Positions 1 to 12,917 of a stretch of 64,000 nt of DNA are shown piece after piece. Every line of letters starts with the position of its first letter. Within the stretch, counting starts at the first letter, position 1. The notes below the pieces were generated by a model. The model worked only from the letters and a program-made list of their open reading frames with translations, was not told where the DNA came from and searched no databases. This DNA comes from Phoronis australis. Taxonomy: Eukaryota > Animalia > Phoronida. The position numbers were made by a program, and so were the translations under genes. The stretch lies in the NCBI GenBank assembly GCA_002633005.1, contig NMRA01000002.1:2649877-2713876 (forward strand), written 5' to 3'.

Positions 1-78
1 TTCACCCCCACTTCCATACCTGTCAAGCGCTCTATCTAAGTCTTAGTAACTTACAAAATCACTAGTATCCGCCATTGC

Positions 79-96
79 TTATATATATATATATAT

Positions 97-139
<43 letters not shown>
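79..139. repeat. (TA)n microsatellite
   Basis: Nearly pure TA dinucleotide run, followed by an N. Confidence 0.95.
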
Positions 140-867
140 NTGGCTGTAATTTACGAAAAGAGTTAATTTAATTTTAGTGATATCTTTCGATTGGGAAAGC
201 TCAATTTGTGATCTAAGCAGGTGAAAGTAAAGGAAATAGTGACTTTAAGATAAAACTTCAATTTTTCTCCAGACTGTTTCAAGAAAAAGATTTTTCAAGT
301 TTGAATTAAGTTTTTGATAAAAGTTATCTTAATTTCAACTATTTTACGGGATGCGGAAGTTTCAAAAAACGTTATTTTTTCATTAAAATTCAAAATTCCT
401 CAATCATTTCCAAAAGTAAGCGCTTGTTTGGTTAGTTTAAAGGTAAGAAAATTATTACACGGTTGTATTAACGCTTTATTTTCATCAACCTAAATGGATC
501 AGGTTACATTTCAAGATCTTTCAACAAACGTAAAAATTACCTTTGCTGACACCCATGTGGTCTTTCATAAACGCTTGGAAAGAATCTTTTAATTTCTGAA
601 CATCCTTTTCTACTAAGCCCGAAACAGAAGACAAGGCCTTAGCCGTGAATCGATGTGTTACTTCGTCTGCTAGTTCCTAAAAGAAAAGGCAGCAACACAC
701 GTAGCATGCTATCTGAACTGTTGAAGTCAAACGTCATTTACATGTATACGAGACATTACAAAAAAACAGTACAGGTGGCCTGATGTCGCATGCGGTGCAT
801 CGGACGTGTCAGGCCTCATGGTTGGTCCCATTGCACATAACACCTGAGCTACAGCACGTGAGCCCCA

Positions 868-1158
868 TTATGGTTCATCGTGAAGGAAGTTTTCAAGGCT
901 GTCAGTCTCCTTTAAGAAAACGGACAGACATTTCCATTTGTTGCCATGCATTATATGTTGTAGGCATGTAACAGTGCCATCCAGTAGGTGGCTCCTTAGC
1001 CTATAAAAAGCTGGGCAAGACTCTACCAGGTGTTTAGGGGATTCTACGTCAGTACCACACTCGGGACGCACTGGGCTCTCCATATGCCCAGTAATGTGTC
1101 TGCGTCGGGCTAGGTTACAGTGGCCCGTCAAAATTTTAATGACGTGTCTTATGCCCAA
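868..1158 (-). pseudogene. 3' fragment of a non-LTR retrotransposon ORF2 (C-terminal CCHC-type region)
   Basis: ORF contains LTGHCNL...H...ECG...ES.KHL..SCPA, the typical C-terminal signature of I/R1/Loa-group LINE ORF2; no RT domain is visible. Confidence 0.7.
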
Positions 1159-2772
1159 TCTATCAGGCTCAGAAGGTATTTTGAATCTTTTGGTTTGATC
1201 ACTTTGGGAAAATTCCCCTTGGTCTCTTTGTAGAAGTTAAGTCATGCCCACCGGGCTGCTGACATTGCAAACACGAAAGTTAATTCTGCGTCTGCTTAGA
1301 TATCACGAATGTCATCCCCTAACGCACCTTCTCGTTTTTCTGACTTAGAAGCATCACCACACGAGCAGCTGATTTGGTTCTGTCACTGATAACGTAACTG
1401 TCACGTGTCATTAAGTCTTTCATCAGTTTTTCGGCTAGTAGGTCCTCTATCGTGTGCTTTAACAGAAATTAACAATACCTTTAAAAAAACAATAAAATGC
1501 AGTCAATTTCATTTTTGCGTCTATCGGTGAATTAAAAACAGATATTGACATCATTTTGGCGTGGAGACCTGAGTGACGAAAGTTTTTTTTTTGGTGGGCT
1601 TGTTGTTCTTTCAACTTGTGTTCTAGGTTGTAATAAAGAATTTGATCCCATAAGCGTTGAATAAGTTGAGTGCAATACAGCCATGCGATGTTGCTATCCC
1701 GATTGCACTACCAGGACTACTTTAACAGGGCAAAAGGTAGGTCAATGACGACTCGACGTTGTCAGTCAGCCGGCTCGGTCATCAAACTTTCCCAACACAG
1801 CTTAAAAGTAATAGAGTTGCAGCAGTATGAATAACACTCATAGCATCTGGTACAAAACTGTTAATCACACAACACTTCTGTCTGTTTTATTTGCTATACA
1901 CTCTATATTATATCGCTTGCAACCCACATGACTCAGGCACCGATTCCTCAGTAACCGCAGTGTTAATTATTGGTGCTATTAAATACTTTCAGAAAATGTT
2001 ACGAACTTCAATCAAGCCCTGGAATACCAACTCTAGGACTTGACCTATGTATTCCATTGTTAGAGCTTGCGATCCCGAGATTAGAGTTTGCACTGTGAGT
2101 TTCTGGCTGTCTGCCTCGACTGGGTTTGATCGAGTGTTTTAGTTGCCAAATCAAGGTAAATCTCATTGTTTTCTTTTCATTTTGTCATTGTTGTTCATCA
2201 AGAAAAGCTCTTGGAGTTTGGTTCCGGACAACCAGCGATTTCTCGACAAAATTTGCCAACACAATCAGCAATTACACTGGTCTTTCTTTACACGCACCGA
2301 CGTGTAGGCCTGGGTAGAGACACGGAATAGTCTGTCCTTCGACATCTTTTCAGCTCCAGTCGACATCTAATTTCGACAGCCTGTCAAACTACATACCGGG
2401 AGTTTTTCAACAAGACATTTTTTGGTGTTAAGTTCACGCAACAGTAGTTTATGGAAAGAAAAAACATTTTGTTTCTGAGTGTTTGTTCTGCAATTATAAG
2501 TGAAACATTTTGGCCCTACTAACAGGTGTGTTTACGTAACTTTCGAAAACTTTGCTCGGAATTGCGTACCCAAGCGTGTGTGGGCGTGTGTGTGGGAGGA
2601 ATATATACCTTTGAATATTTGCCTGTATAAAAATAATAATTGCAGGCGGTCTGGTAAACGTTGTACCAGACGTGCGCAGGCCACGCATGTGGGCCCATTG
2701 CACTGATCACCTGGAACCATTTTTATGCTTTAATAATATTTAGTTAAAACTGAGCTGAGGAGCTAGAGACTG

Positions 2773-2960
2773 GACTCGAGGGTCTAGCAGTGTGAGTCAG
2801 TGGGTCTAGCAGTGTGACTCAGTGGGTCTAGCAGTGTCACTCAGTGGGTCTAGCAGTGTGACTCAGTGGGTCTAGCAGTGTCACTCAGTGGGTCTAGCAG
2901 TGTGACTCAGTGGGTCTAGCAGTGCGACTCGAGGGTCTAGCAGAGTGACTCAGTGGGTCT
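2773..2960. repeat. 22-bp minisatellite (GGGTCTAGCAGTGTGACTCAGT), about 8.5 copies
   Basis: Direct tandem units read from the sequence, with minor variants. Confidence 0.95.
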
Positions 2961-3020
2961 CAAACCCACGAAGTTGAGTAAAGAAGGCGGGCATCTATCA
3001 TACTAGGCCACACCGCCTCC
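2953..3020 (-). mobile_element. tRNA-derived SINE-like head abutting the minisatellite
   Basis: Minus strand reads GGCGGTGTGGCCTAGTATG (A-box-like) ... GGTTTGAGACCCAC (B-box-like). Confidence 0.45.
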
Positions 3021-4028
3021 TCGTGTTTGCATGTAGCCCCGATGCCGTTTTCTTTTTTTAATTGACTTCAGAGCAGATCTGCTACTTGTATTACCTGTAA
3101 AATAGAATTTTAAAAAATGGAAAGTTTACTTTGTAAAAGAATCCAACCCTATATTGTGTGTTGCCGACAGTGTATTTGTCAATTGCCTCGCTCTTAGCGG
3201 ATGGCCCCAATTTTTTATTTTCCCGCCATCCTGGCACACCATCAAAATGTCCCGCTTTCTGAAAGTCGGCTACACCATTCTAATTTATCACGCGAAATGC
3301 CTATATTTTCAAGTTCGACTAAAGAAACTGAACGCTTTGTGGGTTTTAGTGGCATTTGAAATTTCTCATTGGACTAAAAAACAAAAAAAACTCCGTCGGA
3401 TAGACGATTTTGTGTGTTGCGGTGAACTTTTCTCCCTTGTGTTTTGCCTTAGACCCAGATATCCCCTTTTATCTGGAAGTCCCGCTTTTCAATCCAGTTG
3501 CCCCGTTTTCTTATTCTCGAATGATCGTGACAACTATGCAACAGGGGTTCAAAATAGCATTGTCTTTTCCCTACGAATATTGTTATTTTCCAAAATCCAC
3601 TTTCTTTGGTAACATAACAATCGTAAAAATGTGTTCCAATTTTTCATGTTTACGGTAAAATGTATCAGGATCACTAAATTTTAAAGAGAAATTCAAAAAT
3701 CAGCGCAACAACGTAGATTTTCAAACTCAACTAATACTTATTTACTGGTAGACAAACTTCAGATTGACATTGATGTCACCGATGTATGAATTCTTATTTA
3801 ATCAAAAAATATCGAATTGTGTCGCGGGCCCGCCCTGTTTCACCACGAATTAACAGGGTTCTGTCATTATGTTCTAAGTCTTAGAAGGACCCAAGATTTG
3901 TTTTGTATTAGTCACGTTCTACAAATGGCCCCTTTGCATCCAAACAGTGCAAACAGGCTAGACATTGGGCCATTGGAGCATTCCTAAATAAACTGACCAC
4001 CGTGGGCAGGCTACCTGCTTACAAAGAT

Positions 4029-5706
4029 AACAAGAGCAACGGGGAGCTTTGAAATGCGCCCACGAATGCATTGCAAATGGTGAACTTTTAGGGTTGTTTA
4101 TTTGTGTCATAAAAATGGCCACCAGATGGCGCAAAAATATACAATCCATCCGAAAACGGGAACATGCCATTGCTTCTTTAACAGAAAGCTATTACCCAAA
4201 TTTCATAGAAATCCATCACCGAACTTCAGAGAAACAAAGGAAAACAGAATAAAATAAAACTGCCACTAGGGGAACACTATTCATTGGATCCGCCTGAAAG
4301 TCGTCGTTGTGCCGATGTAAGTTTCATATATATATACACTTACAAATTAAATTAAATAAAAATCCTCCAGTGGGTTTAGGAGATATAGTTATGGTCGCAA
4401 AACAAAACAAAACAAAACTACCACTAAGAGGCGCCACAATAGTCAAACTTGTCATCGTCAACCGTCCTCTTCACACTGAGAACATATACGCCAATTTTCA
4501 AAACCATCCTTAGAATGATTTGGTTGATAGAGGGGTAGACGCCAAAAAACAAACACTAAAATGGCAAAAAATGGCCACTAGGTAGCGCAAAATACTTTTA
4601 TTCTATCCTAAAACTGGAGGATAGCGTCATCTCAACAATAGATGCCCGTATTCAAAATTTTATGAAAATCCGTTGAAGACCTTTCAAGATACAGAGGTAC
4701 ACGTAAAACTAAAATTGCCACTAGGGGGCACACCGGTGATCAAATCCTTCCGAAAGTCGTTGTCATTCGTTGTCAACATCATATAAATACACTTCCTTAA
4801 TTTAGAAAATATCCTGCTAACGGTTTAGGAAATACAGCCACTAGGAGGCACCACAGTAGTCAAAGTCGTCGGAAAATCACCCGCAACCGTCCTCTTCATA
4901 CTGAGTAGGAACATACATGCCAATTTTCACAAGTGAATAGTGTCATATTATTAATACATGCCTACATGTATGTGCCAAATTTCATGAAAATCGATTGAGG
5001 ACCTTTGAAGATACAGAGGCAGACAAAAAAACTAAAATTGCCACTAAGGGGCACAGCGGTATTCGAGTCGGTCCGAAACTAGTAGTCGTCTGTTGTCAAC
5101 TTCTTATAAGCACATTTACTGCATTTAATAAAGATCCTGTAGAGCCTTTAGGAGATACAGCTATGGTCGCAAAAACAAACAAAATTGCCACTAGGAGGCG
5201 CCACAGTAGTCGAAGTCGTCGGAAAATCATCGTCATCCGTCCTCTTCATAGTAAGAACATGCATGCCAATTTTCGCAATCATCCTTAGAGTGGTTTGGTT
5301 GACAGAGGGGCGGACGCCAAAAACAGACTCGAAAATACTAAAAACGGCCACTAGATGGCGCAAAATACATCGAATCCACCCGAAAACGTAAGGATAGCGT
5401 CACCTCATTAATAATTGCCTTGTGCCTAATTTCATGAAAATCGGCTGAGGACCTTTGAAGATACAGAGGCAGATGTAAAAAACTAAAATTGCCACTAGGG
5501 GGCACAGCGGTATTTGGATCGGTCCGAAACTCGTCGCCCTCTGTCGTCAACCCCATAAGTACACACCTGCCAAATTTCAATAAGATCCTGCAAGGGGTTT
5601 AGGAGATACAGCCGCGGTCGCCGGACGCTGGACGCCTGACGCCAGGACGCCCAGACAGAGATGATGGCAATATGCACCCACATATAAATATGTGGGTGCA
5701 TAAAAA
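4029..5706 (+). mobile_element. Non-autonomous Helentron-type element (HINE/DINE-1-like), copy 1, with internal ~150-bp tandem array
   Basis: Starts AACAAGAG; 5' subterminal ATGCGCCCAC; internal tandem subrepeats; GACG-type microsatellite; 3' hairpin ATGCACCCACATA-TAAA-TATGTGGGTGCAT followed by an A-run; homologous copy at 46489-47899. Confidence 0.75.
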
Positions 5707-7022
5707 GCAATAAAACTGAGTGGCTATACGACAAACCGTCAGTTGTAATCGTCTCTTGCCTGTTTTGAGCCTTCCTCATTGTTATTGTCGAGTTTAGTCC
5801 CGTCGTTTGCAGCGTTACCAAGCGAATACTTCTCGGATGACGACAGACGCTTTCCGCAGTTGAACAAACGAAAGGTTGTCTCCACAACAAGGCTAAGCCC
5901 GTAAGTCACGAGGCAATATGCGCCAGCTAAAAGCCACGTGCTCTCCAACGGGGCCACACGGCTCGATTCGTCCCCCAGAGTTAGTTTGCGCTGATCGATC
6001 AGGTAGACGCACGCACACATGGCATTCACGAGGAATAGGCCAATGGTGGTGCTGCACTGCCCACGCGATATCTGGCTCGCCGAGTGGTTACCGCAGATGA
6101 TGTTCGCCCAGAGATGATATTCCGAGAATCCTTTGGCAAAGGTGCGCATGAATGCTCTAAAAATGATAACAAATTAATAAACAACCACCACAACGGCGCA
6201 TAAGTTGGATACTTACTACCGTAAACTAATCATTCCTAATTCGTGGCCTGTGATCGTGTTTTGCCGCAAAGAAGGCAGTTCAAGTGTGTTAAGCCGCGGA
6301 ACATTTATGAAAAGGCAGACGTCTGATCATAAAACAGACCAGACCCTTAAAAAGCGAGCGCTCAAAAGGGCTTCTCAGCAGGCGTCTTACAAGTTCTCAG
6401 AATAGCATTAATACACAAACTAATTCTAATATTACGTCACTTAAAACGAACGTGCACAACCACATCCTGTCACACGTCGTCGCAGGAGCATAAACTAAAG
6501 AGCAAAAGGTTACTTTTTGACCAAACTCTGGCGATCACTTTGTGGGCAAACAGAGACTAACCACAAGTTACATCTTTAGTGTAGCGTTCTGACGGCAAGA
6601 ATGCAGCTCTGCCGTCTGACTCGGAACAGGCGATAAAAAGGCAACCGTCTAAAGAAAGTTACCATATTGCTGCGCCGTAAGGCCCATGGGCATCTGAGCG
6701 AAACTTCGCTTACACGCGAAACCTCCAATACGCTAACCACATGGGATGTTAAGCCGCGACAAAGGCATTATTTCGGATATAGGCCATCGATCCAAGTCGC
6801 AGCAATACGGGAACATGTGTTTTTTCAGACAGCGGATCAGACGTCTGATCTACTTCCTGACCGGACTGCGTATGTAAACGCTTACAATACCGCGGTCAGA
6901 TCTGGGATATCTGTGAGAAGCTAAAAAGATAGGACGACTGATAAATGACAGATCCGACACTATAATTGAACGCCCACAGAAGCGTCCTGCTATCCGTCGA
7001 AGAGACATAACATTAAAGGGCA

Positions 7023-7235
7023 GGGACCCGTTCCAAGAAACTGACTTAAGCTCAATTTTGACTTGAGTCTAAGATTTGTCTCAACTTCCAAACTTTGAAA
7101 CTTCAACATCCTGTAAGTTAGACAATATTAAGACAAAACTTAAGACAAAAACTTAAGTCCAACTTAAGATCTCTTTTATCTTAAAATTGAGTGAGATTAA
7201 GATTTGTCTTAGCTATCTTTTCTTGGAACGACACC
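7023..7235. mobile_element. MITE (PIF/Harbinger-like, GGGCCCGTTCCAAGAAA termini), copy 1
   Basis: Terminal inverted repeats; homologous copies at 8711-8959 and 53474-53696. Confidence 0.7.
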
Positions 7236-8710
7236 AGAATGCTAACATTCACTACTTGCGCATTTTGGTGGTGTCGCAAAAAAGATTGTTGCGCATTGTT
7301 GTTCAGGTCCAATGCCTCGTTTTTGGATCTATCGTAACAACACAAACGTGAAAGTGCGTGCGTTCCAAACATGTAGAGCGTTTTGTAATTTGGACGCAAG
7401 ATGGCGTTTTCAAGCATAATGGTGACTTCGTACAAGTAGTGAGATAACTTCTCATATAAGTAGGCAGATCTGCCGTCTGGCGGACGATAAAAGGCAGGTC
7501 AAACGTCAGCCTGGCAATCGCATATGAAATTTTCAACACTGAGACGTGGACCAGTCATCCGAATTTACCTTCTGATCTGTTGTCATGGTAACGTTATAAA
7601 AGTTCACAATTGGCGTCTAGTCAAGTCTTCAAATAATCTTTTGAATGAATAATAGCTGCAAAATTTGTTAGTTTCTCGCTCTTTCTCGCGAAGTTTGCGA
7701 AGCGTGTCTGTGAATGTTGTTTCCTTAACTCTCTGAAGTTGGCGCTTACTAGCTACGCTTTAGTGTTCCCTTATTACATCATGGCGCAGTGCGCTGAAAA
7801 AAGTGGGGCTAAAGCCCCCTAAGCCCCCTGTGGAGAATCGCCTATAGACCATGTGCGGCGTAGCACTGAAAAACGTGGGGCTATAGCCCCCCCCCCCCAG
7901 CCCCCTATGGTGCGCCGCCCATGTACATACTTTGTGAATGGAATTCTTTTGTCGCTTCTGTTCACGAGAAGGTGCGTCCCCTCGGGACAAGGGGCGAGCT
8001 TTTTATTAGCCGGGAAATTCCAGAAATCGCCGGATTCCGGGTTGACTATCGAGATGTCACTCAAAGCCCTAAGAGAGATGTAGAGTAATTTGTAATTCAT
8101 TAAAGACGCAATGCTGGTAGAATCACGTCACCCAAGACGCAAAGTCTACAAGCAAGCAAAAAAATATGTTTTTACACTTTTTAAAGGCATAAAAGTTAAA
8201 GTTGCGTTTCCTCTTCTTGAGCTAAAACAAGAAAAGCTAAATGTGAAACAAGACCAGTTACTCCTGTAAAATATAGTTCGACAAATCCACTATAGCAAAA
8301 CTAGATTCTAAATAATAACCAGACCAACAAGATCACAGATCGGCCAAAAATCAAAAAATAAAAAACACAGGCTATACCGTGACTGGCCTGTTATCTATAA
8401 ATACAACGCAACAAAAGTTGTTTCAACATGTCCCTTATTCGTGTCAGAAATGTCATCTGGGCTTGGAGACAACTGACAGTTCGTAATTACTGAAGAGAAC
8501 GCGCGATTTGTTCACAATCTTTCAGTACTGTTCCTACCGAGCCCAGAAATAATCTCTAGTTTGAGTAATCAACAAGTTGAGAACAATTCCATGACTATAA
8601 AGGGGCTAAATCAAAACGACGGAAGGTCAGTTTTTAACAACTTAAATGTATCTAGTTTATTGACTACACATTCTTGGTACTAAACAGAAGTCAAGAAATG
8701 ATGAAGAACA

Positions 8711-8959
8711 GGGGCCCGTTCCAAGAAACTGACTTAAGTTCATTGTCTACTTAAGTCTAAGATTTCTCTTAACTTCCCACTTTTGAAACTTCCACATCTG
8801 GTAAATTCATCAAAATTAAGACAAAACTTACATCACACACTTAAATCAAGCTTAAAATCTCTTTCTTGAAATGATTTTGAGACAAATTGAACTTTTATTT
8901 TAATATTTAGTAAAATTTAAGAATTGTCTTAGCTAAGTCAGTATTGTTGGAACGGGCCC
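8711..8959. mobile_element. MITE (same family), copy 2
   Basis: GGGGCCCGTTCCAAGAAA ... TTGTTGGAACGGGCCC; internal sequence shared with 7023-7235. Confidence 0.75.
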
Positions 8960-10088
8960 GAGTTTGAGATCTATGGATATAAATAAGTTGCCTCGTTTTG
9001 ATTCCTGTGTTTATCGACAGATAAATGATGATCTAAAGGTTCATGTTTGTGAAATGATTTACAACAAATTGAACACGTTTCATATTCATAGATAGACAAT
9101 TCTCGAGTATAAGACATTGTTTGATTTCTGTTACTTATTGCTCATTTGCTGTCACGGTTTTAACTGAAAAACAACGGTACCATGTGTTTTTCTCCTCGGA
9201 TTCTCCATACAGAGTAACTCCAACGCTCCAAATTGTCCCCAAGTTCACTAGGTGAAGAAATAGCAGTCATAAGCCACACTCAGCTCGAAAGGCGGAAAAA
9301 CCAACAGCACAATTCGAAAGTCATGTCCTTCTGGACCAATACACTAAAAGTTAAGACAATTCTTGTTTGAAAATTGTTTTGGATCTTATTCATAAATAAT
9401 TTCACTCGGAGTCTATTAAAAGTAAATATTTTGCATTCAACGGCCTTAAACATTCAATAATATAAACCATAGAAACAGAACAGTGGTGGATTTTGAGGAC
9501 AGAAGCCCCCTACGGACAAGTCAAAACCGCCACTATATAGCATGACGTCTTTATAGGAGTTACGCCGACACGTTGACCTCTCCCCCGCCTTACCACATCC
9601 TAGAGTCAACAGTGTAGTAAAAGTTCAACGCACAAACTTTGCATATTATGTAATTTTTGTTACCGAAGTGTGTTATGTAGAAGTATGGCTACCTTTGCTC
9701 ATGAGCAGATACGTGTCCTTGCTGCCAGACTTCACAGCAGACGATTGTGAGGAGCTGTCGGCGCGTTGATTTAAAAAATACCAACGCGTTTGGTGGAGGA
9801 CGCCGGCCAATTTTATGGCCACATCGGCTGTAGTGCCAGAATCTAAAGCAGACAAGTGGAGTTTGTTAAAGAAAGTATAACGTTTCAAAGCCAAGTCATG
9901 TCGTTTCAGATTATGGCTCACCCACAACTTACCATACGCCTATTTTTCAAGAGTCGATTATCAGTGTCTACGGAGAAAATTGAACATTTCGTCGACACTT
10001 ACGAATGCCAACTTTACTCATTTTATTCAAGTCGCCGATCACGTTAATGCCGAACACGCCCAAAATACATGAGCACTTCGGGGATTAC

Positions 10089-10270
10089 CGACACTCTCTA
10101 GAACCTTTATTGTCAACAGTTTTAACTTTCTTCACGCACATATTTGGTCTTCCAAAGCCTTTGAACGTGACTGCTTTCTTATTATTGGAACTGAAACATG
10201 GTAACAAAAAATCTTGGACTTCTCGTGACCGCCAAACTGGAACTAAGCTGCCGCGACGAGCAATGACAGC
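10089..10270 (-). CDS. Possible downstream exon of the candidate orphan membrane-protein gene
   Basis: cag|GCT...CG|gtaatc; 60 open codons in phase 0 (AVIARRGSLVPVW...), compatible with the exon at 17717-17905; acceptor is weak. Confidence 0.25.
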
Positions 10271-10937
10271 CTGACAATTTTGTTCTCAAGACAAAAATCC
10301 ATTTTAATCTGAGAAAGGAGCAAGTACGTGGCCTAAATGGCCTAGATGGCCTAGATTTTTTTCACATTAGATGGCCCTTATATCGACCCTTTAAAAGAAT
10401 GTTTAGGCTTCAAAACCACTGGGCTTCTTATCAGACTTTGCGGAAAATGTTATAGTTGAAATTACAGCAATGAAGTTTTGGGCTACGCAAGCGTAACTTA
10501 TAACTGATTCCAGTAGTTTTGCGTTCTCGCAAAATGTTGGGTTAATTCCTTGCCTTTGAATTATTGATCGAGGCCTGTGCTCAAATTTAAGGTAAACGTT
10601 CCCAGTCCTTGAATTTTTGTCAGTTTACAATCTTCGAGATGAGCAGACATGCTTCTTTTCCAAGTGATAGTCAAAAGAGTAAGGATTAAAGGCGAAAGCA
10701 ACCTTTTTTCTTGTCATTTTTAGTAAAAAATAATGTTCGTTGATAATCTCAGACATATTTTTCAGTTAATTACAGCTTTTCGTAATTTAATTAATTACTC
10801 GGTCCCTACTCCGAAAGTGACGTTTTAGGGAGTCAACAATTTCGAGTTATTTGTTTTCGTATAGTGTGAGCTGTAGAATCATACCTCCATTGTGGTAAGT
10901 TCGGTCGTCGTATGCTTTTGTTTACGAGTCAGTCAAC

Positions 10938-11195
10938 ATGCCGCACAGTTGCTGCTTACCGAGATGTACTCGTTATCGTCTCACGCGCACTCTAGGAATT
11001 CCATTACATCGCTTTCCGAAAGATGACACACTTCGCCCTACTCGGCTCGTTCGCGACGTACAAAGCAGTGGAGAGTTGCCGAGTAGTCTAGAGTGTGTGG
11101 CAAGCATTTTCTACCCTCGGATTACGAAAAAGATATGTACGCTGATTTGAAGAAGGTCCTAGCAAAACAACGCCTGAAGAAGGGTGCAGTGCCCC
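10938..11195 (+). pseudogene. Frameshifted THAP zinc-finger (C2CH) domain
   Basis: MPHSCCLPRC...LHRFPKD, then in a shifted frame VCGKHF...LKKGAVP (THAP C-terminal AVP motif). Confidence 0.75.
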
Positions 11196-12312
11196 GTCGA
11201 CACCCCCGAGAAGCGCATTATTGAAGCGCGAAGCCTCTCGCGAGCTGTAACCTCCGCAGAAACTGGAGGTGCTTCATGTATTGTCACCCGTACCTCAGAG
11301 CGTGCAATTGCGGGAACCAACAGTCACTCGCCCTGTACTGTTTTCTCTAGCCCAGAGCCTGTTAGCAACCCGGCAGCGATGTTAAGTAGTGGGAGTGAAT
11401 ACAGGCCCAGTTCGACACCCAGTGAGTGAGGAGCACAGTTCGTCTTCCAGTGAACAGACCGGCGAGCCAAGTTTTTGTGGACTTTCCTTAAGTATTGGAG
11501 CTATTTAGAATGTGCCAGGTGTACATACGTGTGGCGAGGGAGTCACATGGCGGTATCAGTCAGCAGTTTGGGTGCTCAGGTCACCATCCAGTGGGGACAG
11601 CATAGGCATCCCATTGAAGTTGGCATAACAGTGCACACCGTGCATTTGCACCAAGACGTTCCACTACGTCTGTCCTAAGTCTCTGTCTTATTGCTCTAAA
11701 CAGCTGTATGTGCCTGAACGTATTCTGCCTCCGGGCTCAAATATATACCCCATGCGCGCACCTAGGGGCCGGCTCGGGGGGCTCGGACGAACACCCATTT
11801 GGCGAAGTGGGTAAACAGGTCGGCCTCAGAGAAACAAAAAGTCCGAGAAAACGAGACAGAAGTCCACTAAAAAAGCAGGAATTCGGCGAATGCACAATTC
11901 ATAGCTTTGAACGTACCCCGTTTTTTACAGTAAAACGTTCAAATTCTCAATAATTCGAGCCCTCTATAATTTAGGCTGGGTGTGCGCATGTACTCACCCA
12001 CTAACAGCCCGAGAAAAAACTCCACGTCACCACTGCTATGAACAATGTCTCCGTCACTCATGCATGAGCGGTGCACCACAGGAGGCTGTGGAGCTGTACC
12101 CCACACTTTTTTCAGTGCTGCGCCGCCCATGTCACGTCAATACGGTCACTGGGATATGGGTCGCCGACTCCAGTCATTTTCAGGTTACTACAAACTAAAC
12201 AATTCCTAAATCCAACGTAATTGAGTTTTCTAACAATCTAGCTTGTCGTAGAATACTCGTCGATGGGAAGTGGTGACGACAGTTTTAGAAAAACAGTACG
12301 AAAACAACAGGA

Positions 12313-12444
12313 CTTCAAAGTTATCCGCTAGATAAGTTTGATTGTTGCATGACGTCACGAGCATTGTTCAACAATAACAACGTGACGCGTGATAATGCAA
12401 CATCATTGTTGGTATACGGCGTATAACTTTTATGCAACTGGGCC
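12313..12444. mobile_element. Truncated MITE (homolog of 14412-14560)
   Basis: Near-identical ~130-bp block ending TTTATGCAACTGGGCCC. Confidence 0.65.
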
Positions 12445-12917
12445 CTGTAGTACAAATCCTCACAGTAACCTAGAAAGCAGAACCAAGGTGGCACGTAATT
12501 CTTGACTCCCTAAACGTCACTTCCGGAGTAGAGAACGAGTAATTAATTAAATTACGAGAAATTGTCATTAACTGAAAAATATGTCTGGAATAATCAACGA
12601 AGCTTATTTTACTAAAAATGACATGAAAAGGTTGCCTTCGTCTTTATCATGCAGTTTTTCGCGTGAAAGTTACAAGAGACTACCTTGCGCCAGCTCCGTT
12701 CTCAACGTCACCAGATATGGGTAATTCTCGTCGGCGTAACAGTCCAGTACAATCACACTCGACTTCTAAATTAAAAGACTGCATTATCACTCACTTCAAC
12801 ACGTCAGTTTCGAGTCACAACCAAAAGAAAAAGCAGCCAACATGCCAATCTTAGCTGTATTGCACAAAGAGTTTTAGCACGGAGTGTGTATGCTCACCCT
12901 CACCGTGTGACATTATA

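Larger units (their letters stand above)
10690..12643 (+). mobile_element. Degenerate Kolobok-like DNA transposon with THAP remnant
   Basis: ~150-bp imperfect TIRs (AGGCGAAAGCAACC... / ...GGTTGCCTTCGTCT); left flank TTAA, right flank TTAT; contains a THAP-domain remnant. Confidence 0.7.

Noticed and set aside
3154-6924. Longer ORFs such as 3154-3612, 5495-5890 and 5739-6149
   Set aside because: No recognisable domains or exon structure; several overlap repeats.
10938-11429. Intact host THAP gene
   Set aside because: Frameshifted and enclosed by transposon TIRs.
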